Below are positions 12,830 through 26,928 of a stretch of DNA of 64,000 bases, piece after piece (within the stretch, counting starts at the first letter, position 1; each line of letters begins with the position of its first letter). This DNA comes from Azolla caroliniana (lineage: Eukaryota; Plantae; Polypodiophyta), in NCBI GenBank assembly GCA_043228905.1, contig JBHGNT010000008.1, positions 12,152,001 to 12,216,000 of the forward strand. The letters are read 5' to 3'. The notes beneath the pieces were generated by a model, which saw only the letters and a list, made by a program, of their open reading frames with translations, searched no databases and was not told the DNA's origin. A program made the translations under genes and the position numbers.

Positions 12830-15800
12830 ATAAAAGTCATCATTTGAGGCCACGAGATCTCGCATAGCATCATCAACAGTGGGTTGGGTGTCAATGTCAT
12901 AAACAAGACGACTTGTGATCAACTAGTTAGGAATCGCTCATTAGGGAGTATGTCCCTTTTGGCTAAGAATGATTGATACAAGTTCAGTACGACCACTAGG
13001 GTTAATTCGACAATTAGAGCTTTCAATTGGTGGTCACTTGTTTCAAATATCAATAGTAGTGCTGAAATTAGATGCACTTGGAGCATACCCATTACCACTT
13101 GGCTGACCATGGCTTCGAACTGCTAATATTAAGCAAAATTAGCAGAAGAATATCATCTCATTTCGTAGAGGCAAAACAAAGCTAAGAGTCTCTACCTAGG
13201 AAAAGGTATTAACCAAGACAAATTTAATGCCCCTGTATGCAGAGTCGATCAATATGATGTAAGGAATGGATGATAATGAGATCGATTAGTATTTGGAGGA
13301 GAATCCCAAGCTCATACCATTGTTCGAAATAGATGTGGTCGAAGTAATTAGCTCTTATGTCCACAATGATGAATCGGGGTTGGATGACCAAATTCCTCAA
13401 TTAGATACAGAATCATTAGCCAAACTCCAACATCAACAAGAAGCCATGGAAAGGGAAATGAGACTATCTCAAAAGGTTAAACCTTCAGCATTAGAAGAGC
13501 TTAATCTTGCTCCAAGTTGTACTGAACAAAAGCTAATTCTTATAGCCAAGGACATGCATCCGAATGACAAGGCTAAACTCCTCCACTTATTACGTCAATA
13601 TAAAGATGTTTTTGCATGGTCGTTCGAGGATATGAATGGTTTGGACCCCGCATTTTGTCAACATCAAATTCACCTGTAAAAGGATGCCAAACTGGTTCAA
13701 CGACGACGTTATCGAATGAACCCAATTTATGCTGCAAATGTTAAGGAAGAAATCAACAAATTACTACGGGTCGGATTCATTCGACTAGTAAAAAAAGTCT
13801 ACTTGGCTTAGTCTGATCGTTGTAGTACCCAAGAAGAATGGGAAAATTAGGGTATGTGTTGATTACAGGAAGCTGAATTCTGCAAGGGTCACCGATGCCT
13901 TCCCTTTGCTGTTTATGGATGCAATATTAGATGTTGTTGTTGTCATGATATGGCATGGTATGGCTCCGAAGAGATTGAAACCCATGACCTTGTGTTATAT
14001 GGGTTGAATCTAGAGCATTTACGACTCTGTTTAGATAAGTGTTGAAGGGCTTGGCTTAGCCTTAATCCAGCCACATGTGCATTTGGTGTAACCAGTGGAA
14101 CTCGGTCACATTGTTAGTCAGGATGGCATCGCTATCAGACACAGTTGTTTGCGTACCCGTATTTAACGTTTAAATACGTATAATAACTCATAATTTGTAT
14201 AGTATGTACTATACCTCAATGTTGTTCAGTCAAATATCATGTACATTTGTCCAATACAATGTTTAACATACATTTGAAAAAACAGGTATAATAAGTATTT
14301 ATAAAAAAATATAAGTAAAACCCCATCAAAAAGCAAAAGAAAAAAAAGATTTTAGTGAAAAAGAAGCAAAAAGAATAGAAGAGATGATGACCACGAAGAA
14401 GAAGAAGAAAAAGAAGAAGAAAAAGAGAGAAAAGAAGACTGAAACCTGTCCTAACTCTGAATGTGATAACCATAGAAGATAGAAGAAGAAGATGAAGATG
14501 AAGAAGACAGAAAAGAAGATAGAAACCTATCCTGAGTGTGATAATCGTAGATGATTCCTCAATCTATGAAGGCATAATCGTAAATAATTACAATTTGAAG
14601 TAGAACATCGTGATACACACTTACATTGATTTATAGAATAAGTGAATATCGACATCCATATTATAAGTATTTTAGGATGTGAAATGTTCAAATGTCTTAT
14701 ATGAATTCTAGGATGTATAACTATAATGTACATCACAAAATTGTGTAAACATAGATGTTTTTTACAATATTACAAATATTTTTTAGAAAGGTAAATAATT
14801 TTCAAATTCTAGAAGTATTTAACATACTATATGTAAAATATGTATTTTATAAGTATTTAACATATTAAAAAACGTCTTTAATGTATTTTTAAATTGGGAG
14901 GTACTATACACGTATTAATACGTTCTATATGTATGGTATCCGTACCGTATTTAACGTACCTAACAACCTTGCTATCAGGCCCAACAAAGTAAAAGCCATC
15001 ATGGACTAATGCCAAGGCATTAAATCGATTCCTGGGACAAATTCGATGGCCTAGTCGGATGATACGCTATTTGGCAGATGTAGCTACACCCATTACATAC
15101 TGCGGTCCATAAAAACCATTTCAATGGACGACAACCGAGCAAAATGCTTATGTTTCCTTGAAACAGATGTTATCACGAGTTCTAGTCGTTCAAGCACCGG
15201 ACTTGTCAAAAGATTTCCACATCTTTGTCGATGCATTGGATATAGCAATTGGGAATGCATTAATGCAATTATCAGAACCCAATTGGTATCGACCAATATA
15301 CTACATGAGTCGAAAACTATCCATTGCCGAACGGAATTATTCAACGACCAAACGAGAAGCTCTCGGCATGATCTACCGTGTAAACAAGTTTTGACACTAC
15401 CTTCTCAATCCAAAATGTACTTTCCATGTCGACCATTTTGCATTACTGTATTTGGTGTCGAAACAATCTTTGACAAGGAAACTAGCACCATGGACGCTTC
15501 TGGTACAGGAGTTTGAATTCGACATTGTACATCGACCTGGGTGCAACATTTTGTAGCCTACTATCTCAGTCTAATTGAGTTGGGAGAGCTAGGTGATGGG
15601 GTTCAAGATGATTTTCTAGACGCACAATTGTTTAAGGTCGACATTCTCAATTCGATGGAAATAGATGATGAACCCGCTAACTTATGGCTCACGAATATGA
15701 TCTCCTTCCTCGGCACAAGGTTACCCCCAAAACAAATGTCATTGGAAAACAGAAAGCGATTGGTTGTTCGACGTCGAAATTTCTATCTACTTGAAGACAC

Positions 15801-16925
15801 ATTATGTCATAAGAGTGCAAATGGAATAAGGCGCCTATTTGTGCGACAGTTCGAAAAGGACTTATTGTTATGGGAAGCCCATTGTGGAGTTAGACTTGTA
15901 GGCAGACATTTTGCAGGAGACACAATGGCCCGTAAGATATGGAGTAGTGGCCTTTGGTGGCCTACGATTATGAAGGACATGGTAAACTATGGTCGGCAAT
16001 GTGATTTATGCCAATGGGTCAGCCAACCGAATGACAAAGATAGAATGCTTCATCAACCTATTTACCACTAGAACCTTTCCAAATTTGGGGTCTAAACTTT
16101 GTCGGCCCATTTAAACAAGCAACAGCAAAAACGGACAATAGTCATTACCGATTATTGTACCAACTAGGTCGAAGCAAAACCTCTTTGAGATAACACAGTG
16201 GCATCGACTGCGAAATTTCTATATGAATATATTTGGTGCAGATTCGGATGTATGATCAAACTCATTAGTGATTAGGGTAGCCACTTCATCAATAAAATAA
16301 TTCAGGAGTTAACTAATCACTATGCAGTCGTTCATAAAAGAAGTACGCCTTAGTATCCTCAGGCCAATAGATTGGCTGAATCGACTAACAAAAAAATTCA
16401 GATGATCCTATAAAAGATTGTCAAGAAACTTGTACCGACTGGGATCAAAAGTTGCAGAGTGCGTTATGAGACTATCAAACAACTTACAAAACCTTTATTC
16501 GATCAACTCCATTTTGATTGGCCTTTGGATTAGAAGCCATTATTCTAGTCAAATTCCAAATTCTGACTTTACGAATTTAGGTGGTAAAATGATTGAATGA
16601 GGCGCAGTCCGAACATCTTTGAAGGGAACAACTGCTACAATTAGAAGAAGGTGGACTTCAAGATTTGCCGCACTTCGAACACAAACAAAGACGTACAAAG
16701 GTCTTTGTTGATTGACATCGACATGGAAAAGAAAAGTTTTTTGACAATGGTAAATTAGTACTTGGGTTTCAAACATAAATGGGCTCCATGCCAGGGAAAT
16801 TATAGTTTCGATGGGTAGGACCTTAGTGGATTGTCGACCAAAAGAAGGGGACTTATCAATTAGGCACACTGGTAGGGGGAGTAATGCTAAAGTGGGTTAA
16901 TGGTTTTCGACTTAAACCATATCAG
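12830..16925 (+). pseudogene. Gypsy pol pseudogene (PR, RT, RNase H, integrase)
   Basis: YKDVFAWS; VVVPKKNGKIRVCVDYRKLN; FHIFVDALDIAIG...ERNYSTTKREALGM; EAHCG...HFAG...WWPT...CDLCQ; WVNGFRLKPYQ. Confidence 0.9.
14140..14971. mobile_element. Non-autonomous hAT-like DNA transposon, 832 bp
   Basis: 8-bp TSD CTATCAGA/CTATCAGG; imperfect TIR CACAGTTGTT/AACAACCTTG; subterminal CCGTATTTAACGT at both ends. Excision restores RT ...DGIAIRPNKVKAI in frame. Confidence 0.8.
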
Positions 16926-19900
16926 TGTTACGAAGGCGCTACAACTCTTCTTAGTGCACAACGGACATGTGATGTGCAGGATTGTTTAGGTTTCAAGAGA
17001 GAAGGTAAGGGAGAAGGGAACTCACCTTTGTAACAACCCAAAAAACTTCGGTTTCATTACACAAAGAAAAAACCTCTCACGTCCATCTTCTTTCTTTTCT
17101 TCTTACTTCACTCTCCTACTCACTCTTACTTTTTTACTTAAGTATATAAGTGATTACATATTCAGCTAATTAGTTGTGAGTAGCTAAATAGTTGGGAGCA
17201 ACTAAATAGTTGTGAACAACTAAATAGTTGTTTTACCTATATGTCTAATAGTAGCTAATTTCCTAATAGCTACTATAGAATATCTCAATTACCAATAAGG
17301 ATCAGATGCTTTTGTTGAGCTTGTTGTTTCTTAACACTCCCCCTCAAGCTCAACTTATCCATTCATGAGATCATCTTCATTCTTCTTTCCTTCATGCTTT
17401 CCAGCTATCGTACCAATGCTTATAACTTGCATCATGTGCCTGAACTATGTATGTTTTTCTATGCTTAGTCCCTTCGTAAGAATGTCAACAACTTGCTGAT
17501 TTGCACTTCTCCATCAATCACTTTTTCTCTATAAAAATAATAATGCACTTCAATGTGCTTTGTTCTTGCATGGAACATTAGGTTTTTTGCGAGCTGAATA
17601 CTGCTCATATTGTCACGCCAAATTGAGACTACACCATCTATATACTCTCCCAAATCAGCAAGCAATCTTCTGATTCAAACTTCTTCACAAGTAGCTATTG
17701 CAACTCCTCTATATTCAGCTCTAGTACTTGATAATGCAACAGTAGCTTGTTTCTTGCTACTCCATGAAATAGCTACACTTACCAATGTAAACATATATCC
17801 ACTTGTGGATCTTCTATCACTTTGGCTTCTAGCCCAATCAACATCTGTATATCCTTCTAACTTTATGTCTAGATCAGCCCTGTAAAACAATCCATAGTTT
17901 TGAGTAGCTTTTACATACCTCAAAATTCTTTAGATGCAATCCAAATATGGCTTTGTTGGCTATTGCATAAACTGGCTAACTAATCCAACTGCATAACTCA
18001 AATCAGGACTTGTTATAGTCAAATATATGAGGCTGCCCACCATAGACTTGTACATGTTCACATTTGCAATTTTTGCTCCCAAATTACCCCTCAATTTGCA
18101 GTTCTTATCCAGTGGTACATCAATAGGTTTGCATCGAAGCATTCCACACTTCTTCAACACAATTGTTACATACTGTTTTTACAACATATATATTCCACTT
18201 TCAGATTTGATTATCTCAATACCAAGAAAGTATTTCAGCTCTCCCAAATCCTTCATATGAAATTGCATTTCTAGATTTTTCTTCAACTTGCTTATTTCAT
18301 CTACAAAATCACCTCCAATGATTAAATCATCTGCATAAATCAAAATCACAACAATGCAATCATTCACAATCTTTACATAAAATGATGGATCAACCTTTGA
18401 CATTTTGAAAGCAAATTTTTTCAGAGATTTTGAAAGTTTCCTGTGCTATGATGTTAGTGTCGTTTCAGTCCATAGAGAGCCTTTTTCAGGTTACAAACAT
18501 ATTGTGGAAGCCTCTTATCTTCAAAACCTGGTGGTTGACATAGGTATACTTCCTCTTCTAAGTTACCATGTAAAAAACCATTTTTTAAATCCATATGGTG
18601 CTAAACCCATCTTTTGGCTACACTTACAACAAGTAGTGTCGTCAAGGTTGCCATTTTTGCAACTAGTGCAAATGTCTCATCATAATCAATTCCTTGCATT
18701 TGGGCATATCCCTTTGCAACAAGTCTTGCTTTATGTCTATTTACATTCCCATTGGAATCATGCTTTGTTTTGTAGACCCATTTGCAACCTACAACATTTT
18801 TTCCTTTTGGTAACTTTACCAAATCCCATGTTTTATTTTCAGCCAATGAGTCCTTTTCTTCTTGCATTGCATTCACCCATTTCTTCTCAGCTTTTGCTTC
18901 ATCAAAACTATTTGGATCAGGGATTTGTACCACTTTAGACATATATGCATAATGCCTAGCCATGTATGTATCATAACCATATCTTTCAGCAATTTTTTTT
19001 CTCTATCTGATCTTCTCAGTTTTTGATTTGCATATTTCATTACTCTTTCAACACCAGAGATTTTCAGCACTTGTGTACATCTTCCATGTTTCTAGATCCT
19101 TCATCAAACATTTCATATTTTGGCATCTTTATTTTTCCCTTTTTATCACCATATTTTTTATGTCTTAGATTTTTTCCACTCCAAGCATTAGATTCAGATT
19201 TACTACCTGAGTTTTTAGATAGTCCAGTACATGTTATCGATGTTGGACTCTGTTGTCCAACCTTATTTCCATTTCCATGGCAATCCCTTTCATTTTCAGA
19301 TTTGTTTCTATCTTCATTTTCGTTGTCTTCATCAGTTTCTGCATTCTGTTTTGGGCTGTACCAACTGCCCAACTAATCAAATATCACATCAAGGCTTACT
19401 ACAATCTTTTTTGTCAAAGGGTTATAACATCTATACCCTTTTTGCTCCTCTAAATATCCCACAAAAACAAAATTTTCAACTTTTGGATCAAGCTTCTTAC
19501 TTCAGCAGGTACATGAACATAAGCAATGCATCCAAACATTTTTAAGTGTCCTAAACTAGGTTTCTTGCCATAAAAACATTCTTTGGGAGTTACTACATGT
19601 ACTTCAAATGTTATGCATCTATTTAGAATATAGTTTGTTGCGTTTACAACTTCAACCCAATAATACAATGCCATATTTTTTTCAGTCATCAAGGCTTTTG
19701 CTATGTTTACCAAAGTTTTGTTTTTCCTCTCAGCCACTCCATTTTGTTGTGGAGTATATCTACATGTGAACTGTCTCCTTATTCCTTGATTGCATAGAAA
19801 ATCAGAGAATTTATTTGAGAAGTATTCTCCTCCTCCATTAGACCTTAAGCATTTTATCCTAGTTCCGGCTTGCTTTTCTACCATGCATTTGAACTTACGA

Positions 19901-21700
19901 AAACACTCAAATACTTCACTCTTCTCTTTCATGAAGTAAACCCATGTTTTCCTTCAGCAATCATCAATGAATGTTACATAAAATCTGTAGCCACCAATTG
20001 AGACATTTTTTGTAGGTCCCCATACATCTGTATGTACCAAATTCAACAGGTTTTTGCTTATACGTCCTTCATGAGGGAAAGGAAGCTTATTTTGCTTTCC
20101 ATATTGACATGCTTCACATATTTTGCTCATCTCACAGTCTTTCAACTTCGGCAATCCAGCCACTACATTTTTTCTCAACATATTTTGCAAAGTTTGAATA
20201 CTTATGTGTCCCATTCGTTAATGCCACATTTCTACATCTGAGATTACAGTCAATGCTCCTGCAAACATAGCCGTAGTCATTTTAGGCATATCGACATCTA
20301 AAACAAACATTCTTCCTTGGTGTTTTCCTTTTGCAATCAACTTTCCATGTTTCTCTATAAAGCACCCACTTTGCTTAAGCTTTGCTTGCATTCCTTGGTC
20401 TACAATCTGCCCAACAAAAATCAGATTTTTTGCAAGGTGTGGAACATGCATAACATTCAACATATACTTTGTTTTTCCTCTTTCTTCCCACAATTGAATA
20501 GCTCCAACATGCTCAATTGTATGAGTAGTATGGCCTCTTCCTCGGCCTCTTTCAACACTATTGTAGAGAGCTTGCTCCTCAGTCTCAGAGTTTCCTATGT
20601 TTATATCTTCAATCTAATTTCTTTCTTCCACTACAAGCATTGAAACTTGATCTCCAAAACTTGGGATACTATCCCTTGTGAGAATGGATGTTTTGAAGCT
20701 TTTATATCGAGGTACTAAGCCTCTTAGGCATACTTCTACTTTATCATCATCTTCTACCTTCACGTTAATAGAAGCAAGTGACTCACATATGCTCTTTATT
20801 TTACGAGCATACTCATTGACTGACATTTTACCTTTTTCCAAGGTATTTAATTTAGTCTTCAACTGAAGTTTTCTTGCCTTTGTGTTTACTGCAAACAGTT
20901 TCACCAAACTATCCCAAGATTCTTTTGGAAGCACAACATCTTGTATATGTCCAAGCATCGAATCTAAGATGCTAAGTGACAACCAATGCAATACTTTTCT
21001 TGCCCCTTGAATTCAATCTTTAAATGCTTTGATTTGTGCAGCAGTTGCATTTTCTTCAGGGATCTTTGGAGTCTCTTCTAGGTCTCCTTCAATGTAATCC
21101 CAGTATCCTTTTCCCATCAGGAAATTTATCATTCTGAATTTCCATGCTGGGAAATTGTTTTTATCCAGTATTTTTTGTGACTATTTGGCTTCCATTTTCA
21201 ACAGTCATCTCTCTTTCAATTTAGGGCTTTAGCTACGATTAACTTCAACAAGATCCTCTCTGATTCAGATCAGGAAATGGAGAAATTTTCTCAGCTCTGT
21301 ACTATTCTTCTTTACGAGAAACTCTTCTCTAATACTATGTTAGGAAGGCGCTACGTCTCTTCTTAGTGCACAATGAACATGTGATGTGTAGGATCATTTA
21401 GGTTTCAAGAGAGAAGGAAAGGGGGAAGGGAACTCACCACTGTAGCAGCCATAAAAACTTATGTTTCATTACACAGAGAAAAAACCTCTCTCGTATGTCT
21501 TCTTACTTCACTCTCCTACTCACTCTTACTGTTTTACCTAAGTATATAAATGACTTACATATTCAGCTAAATAGCGACGAGTAGCTAAATAGTTGTTTTA
21601 CCTATATGTCTAATAGTAACTAATTTCCTAATTTAGCTACTATAGAAGATCCCAGTTATCAATAAGCATCGCATGCTTTTGTTGAGCTTGTTTCTTAACA
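16926..21700 (-). mobile_element. Full-length but decayed Ty1/Copia element nested at the end of the Gypsy integrase
   Basis: LTRs 16926-17336 and 21338-21700 (TGTTA...TAACA); perfect 5-bp TSD ATCAG; PPT at ~17337-17348; degenerate tRNA-iMet PBS at ~21326-21337. Confidence 0.95.
17340..21197 (-). pseudogene. Copia gag-pol pseudogene (gag, GAG-pre-integrase, rve, RT, RNase H)
   Basis: ARKLQLKTKL; CEACQYGK...VHTDVWGP; TPQQNGVAERKN; KARLVAKGYAQ; YADDLII; YTDVDWA; HARTKHIEVHY. Confidence 0.92.
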
Positions 21701-22020
21701 ATCAGGGGCCGACTCCGACCAATCCATTACTACCAGAGGAGTTGAATGACTAGGCCGACCCAACAATTGACAATACTATGGGTAGTCGATCGACCATAAT
21801 CAGTTAAAAGAGCTATGTTTGTAAATACATTGTACTATGGGGTTAATCCAATAGTAGTTGTAGAAAAAATAAATTACCTTGACATGTATACTTTCTTGGC
21901 ACTATCTTTCACACCTATTTATAGAAGGACACATCAACAATTAAAATCATTTATAATGAGTGGCTCTTAAAGACGTCATTAATAGAAGATTCTATTCTTG
22001 AAGCTATTTCATCTCAAGAT

Positions 22021-24780
22021 ATGAACCACTTCTACACTTATACAAAACCTTCTTTTTCCCATTTTCCTCACATAGAAAAGCGAAGAGAAGCAAACTTTCC
22101 TTTGAATAGAGCTCCTAAACAACTCCGACTATTAAATTATTGCACAAAATATAGTACTCTCACCTCAGAAGACGAATCAACCAAAGAAATGCCGATCGAG
22201 ATCTCAGTACATCTCAAGAACTGGCTACAGACCAATGGGTTCCAAGACGGATTTATTCGGGTAGCTGAACCCCCACCCCATCAACAAGCTATGGAGGTCA
22301 TCAACAAGATCAATGTCGCCAAACTCACCAACAAACACGTACAACAGATTTTAAATCTGAAAAATGAGGTGTATAATAAAATGGATGCAATTGGAGAAGA
22401 CACTCTTCAATCTTATTTTGGTGAGTATTCAACTTCAACAAAAGCATATAGGACTTAGGGGGGTCTTTATGTTTTCTTCAAAGAAGTCGCAATTTTTTTA
22501 TTAGAGGTAGTGTATATGAACCTGAAAAGTTATTACATGCCTAAGAATAAGGTAGGCTTCATCATAATGACCTATGAGGGAGGAAAAATTGATTGGGGAT
22601 ACATTACATTAGTAGCGTTTTGAGTGCATCTAGTGGCAATTAAGGGTGGCAAAACCATGATTCCGATCATTGCAAAATGGCTGACTCTTTTATGCCCAAT
22701 GCCATTGGCCATTAGAGGGCATAAGACCCCAGAGAAGGAGAAGGGGCAATCATCGTAGTCATTGCCCAAGAAATCGACAAGACAATGACTATTGACGGGG
22801 CCACATGACGAGTGGCAAGAAGACTAGCCAACAACAGGAAGCCAACAACCGGAAGTCGAGGAACAATCTTCCAGAAGATAACAAGAAAAGAGTCAACAAT
22901 AAAAAAACACGACTACGACCCAACCACCCGCTCCCAAAGAAAAGAGTTGGTCGACTTCAAAAGTCGACAGAGAGCTACAAGAGCAAATCCAAAGTCAACA
23001 GACAACACATACTATCGACCAAGGGTCATCTAAAAGGAAAGAATCAACGACTGGTGATTAGAATCAACCAAAGAGGAAAAAGAGGAAATTACACAAGAAA
23101 CATCAAACAGAACAAAAGAGTTAATGGCACTGACCACAACACAGGTAATCGACATAGAATATACTCCAATCGGAAATATCGAGAAAGGGAAATCATTGGA
23201 GATCACAACAAACAAAGTCTTAGCTATACTAGAAATACCGCCAACAACACATGAAATTGTGGCCATATTACGCTTTGGCACATTATACAACTTGGTCGAC
23301 TAGTTAGGTAAATGATTACAATTTGCTTCCAACCAACTAGCGTAGGAACACAAGGATCAAGAAATGATTCAGCGCACACTATAAGGGGAAATCGAGCCAG
23401 CAGATGAACAAGAACTACAAAGAATCAGCCGACAACGAGATATTCAAAACAAAGGGATACTATTCAGATACCACATTTGCATACAACATTAGTCGAAGTG
23501 CACCAAGAACTGGCCAAAACGAGTCAAGCAACAAAAGATATGGCCGACATACAAACGACGAAGGCATCTGAGCTCATGAAGAAAGAATGGTTGACAACCA
23601 CACAATCCAATACAGAGCTAACAATACGACTACAACAAGTGGAGTCAAAACTAAAGGAAGTTGAAGAGAGACTCCAGACATATGAGCATGCCATTGTGCC
23701 AGTACTGGATCGACAATTATGGGAGGAATTGAAAGAAAAGGAGGATATAATCGACTGAGCAAATAAAGGACTAGAGGCTACCGACACAAAAGTACAAAGG
23801 ATGAGGGACCGATTCAGGACGACACATCAACACGTGGAGAATTTTCAGAAATGAGTCCATGACAAACTTCAAGCATTGAAAGAAGACTTTGACAAACTCC
23901 ATAATGAACACACAACTCTTAACATACATTTTTATCGAACACAACAAATCATAGCTGAGCTCAATAGGTAAATTAAGACACAGGAGGAAATATGTCAAAG
24001 GCATATAGTTGAAGCAAAAAGGGAAAAGATGCACCAAGACTTTAGTGACGACCAGGAATGACTAGCCCAGCAGGTAAAGCAACTTACGGTCAAATGTGAA
24101 AATGTGCGGACCTCACTCCTAGTGGCCGAAGCAAAATTACAATTTGACCAAGACTCATAAGTACCTCGACGAGAAATGCTACAAAACAAAAACTTTGCAG
24201 TCTGGAGTATCAACTCAGCATGGGGGAACAAAAGATGCAAGCAATACTACGTAGACACAAGAAAATGATGTAGTAATAGATCATGGAGTCTCTCGAAATG
24301 GGATGGAAGATTTGATTGACTCAAGTAGCCGAGTTACAACTATTGCAAGCAGACCAAGAGAATTACAAAAAGGAAGGCCAAGGTTACTACAAGATAGATG
24401 AGACTAGTCTGACAGTTGTCCCAGACGAACTCTCGGGCGATTTTTACGAACGAAAAACCCAAAATACGACTGAAATGACCAAATTGCTAAAGGAATACGA
24501 GGACCATCAAATACAACTCGCGTTGGAATTGGAGTCCTATGAGAAGGAGCGCGTTAGAGAAAAGGGCGAGAGACTAAGGCAGATGACGAACAAATAGAAC
24601 AACAATCACACTCCATGGAGCGCATAGTGATCATCGATACCTTAGAAGAAGTGGAATAGACAAGACAAGAGAACAAACTAGACCGGGAGAATACGGAGGA
24701 GGAGCCAACACAACCCGAGCAAAACATAGAACTGGGAACAAAGCAAGTAGTAGGATCGACCGTGCAAGGTACTATCCCAT
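22021..24780 (+). pseudogene. Additional sense ORF between integrase and 3' LTR, decayed, with a coiled-coil-like C-terminal part
   Basis: Same-strand ORF pieces 22021-22458 (reads through TAG into ...KVGFIIMTYEGGKIDWGYI...), 23477-23758 and 24316-24597, rich in E/K/Q/L. Confidence 0.6.
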
Positions 24781-24792
24781 AGGCATGCCATG

Positions 24793-25347
24793 CGTTAGAC
24801 AAACGGATTGACTGACTAAGCTATGCTAAGTATATAGATCGGCAAACTAGTAAATGATAGTAGAAATAGGAATCAAAGTCATAGTCATAGCAGAACACGT
24901 GTGAAAGGGAATAGTCGAATAATAAGTACTATTACCAAGTAGGAAAAATAGGACAGTTAGTTGTAATATATTCTTGCCTAATGGCAATTGTATTATCTTG
25001 GGAAAGTCTCTCAAGTCTCCTATAAAAAGGGACTGAGAGCATTGTAACATCATTGATATGTATTGCTATAAGTTTAATATAATATTATTAGTTAGAGTAT
25101 ATTTTGTGTCGTGGACTACTATTTCAGATTCTCTTACTCATAATGCATATAGCTAACAGTCGATCCGAATAGTATTTTGATAATCATAGTGATTGAGTAT
25201 GGTGATTTGAGGTATATGTTTATGTTTAACTGTGTTTAAGCATTCATCGGGCAGAGTCGACCGAATTCAATTTCCAATCACAATCTCGTTGATAGAATGA
25301 CTTGATAAGTAAGTCGTTTGATCCGTTTGTGTCTGTCGATCAGTACA
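24793..25347 (+). repeat. 3' LTR of the old Gypsy (ends approximate)
   Basis: Direct repeat of 9821-10373. Confidence 0.85.
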
Positions 25348-25498
25348 ACACAAGACTAGCAAAAACATTTATTGTTCTTATTTTCACATCATACATATAC
25401 GAAAAGAGTAAGATGCGGAAGCTTGTACACAAACACAGTCAGCTCAGCTAGACTGTAGCAATAGTTAGGTAAACACAGAGAAAATGGAGAATACACAG

Positions 25499-25542
<44 letters not shown>

Positions 25543-26928
25543 GGTAGAAAAACTAAATTCAAAATAATGGCACTCTCTACATATGATTGTGCTTAGTGAG
25601 CAGTTTTATACAAGCCCTAATAGTGAGCTGACACAAGGACCGTCAGTACTTGAATGCTCATGAATGACTGACACTGATGCAACCCATAATATTTCTATTT
25701 ATTAGCATAGGAATGTAGGCCCCTGATACTATAACTACCAAAAATATTCCTAATACTATAATTAGGATTATAGACTCTAACGGCTTATCAACCATACCCT
25801 AGGTTGCTTAGGTGTCAACTTATTCAGCTGACTCGGTTGTCGACTTCGTCAACCGACTTCCTTTAGACGATCCGGCTCCTGTTGAGCTTGTCTCTAAACA
25901 CTCCCCCTCAAGCTCAACTTGAGGTTCCTCTTACTCTACTAGTTCTTCAGTCTGACCTCTCTTAGCTTCACGCCTTCTTGCTTGCGCTCCACGACCCATC
26001 CAATCCCGTTCTCCTCAACCTGTTCGGTGGGCTTGTCTGCTATAGACTTTCGTCGGCCTTCTTCTTGCCTCTGTGCACCCCTAATCCGTCAGCTCTCCTT
26101 CCTAGGCATCTTCTCTGGCTCCCTTATCGTCCATCTGGCCTTCATGTGACTTGGTTCTTCCAAACCACTTCCTTCGACCGAGTCAGCCATGTCCAACTTG
26201 TCTCCTACCGGCCTTTGACCACATCTGACCATGTCATGGTCCTGGTCTTTTTGTTCTGGCTAGCTCTGCCCTTCTTGGCTCTGCCATCTGTCTTGCCTCT
26301 TCTGTCGCGGTCTATCCTCTTGTTTGATCGTCTCTAGTTCCGACTCTTCCTTCTGATCGCCCCCCCTACATCTATCCTCGGCTTCCTTAGTCATTGCGAA
26401 ATCGAATTCTTCACCCAATTCGGGTTCTCGGACTTCATCTCTCACGGCTCTCCTAGTGCTTCTGCCTCTCAAATTTGGCATGTCAAGGTGTTGCAAACCA
26501 AGCTCACTCGAAAATTGCCACAACTTGTCTAGGCCGAGAGGTTTGGTGAAGATATCGACAGCCTACCGATCCATTGGAACATATACAAGTTCCACCACAC
26601 CAGAGAGAACTCGCTCACACACAAAATGGTATTGTACCTCAATGTGCTTAGTCCGAGAATAGAAGATGGGGTTCTTAGCCACCTGGATGTTGTTGAGGTT
26701 GTCTCAATATATCATCGTCGAATCGGCAACGTCCATCCGCAGATCCTGTAATAGCCGCTTGAACCATATGGCCGGGCATGTAACGACAACCATCCCTTTG
26801 TTTTCAGCCTCTGTACTCGACAGTGCAACTATCGGCTGCTTCTTACTGCTCTAGGCGATTGCGGCACTTTCAAGTGAGAATGCAAAACTTGATGTAGACC
26901 TGCGATTGCCGACATTTTTGGCCCAATC

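Larger units (their letters stand above)
9821..25347 (+). mobile_element. Degenerate Ty3/Gypsy LTR retrotransposon with no chromodomain seen and an additional 3' ORF; hosts three insertions
   Basis: Diverged ~550-bp direct repeats at both ends. Domain order gag (CCHC knuckles), PR, RT, RH, INT, with many stops and frameshifts. Confidence 0.9.
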
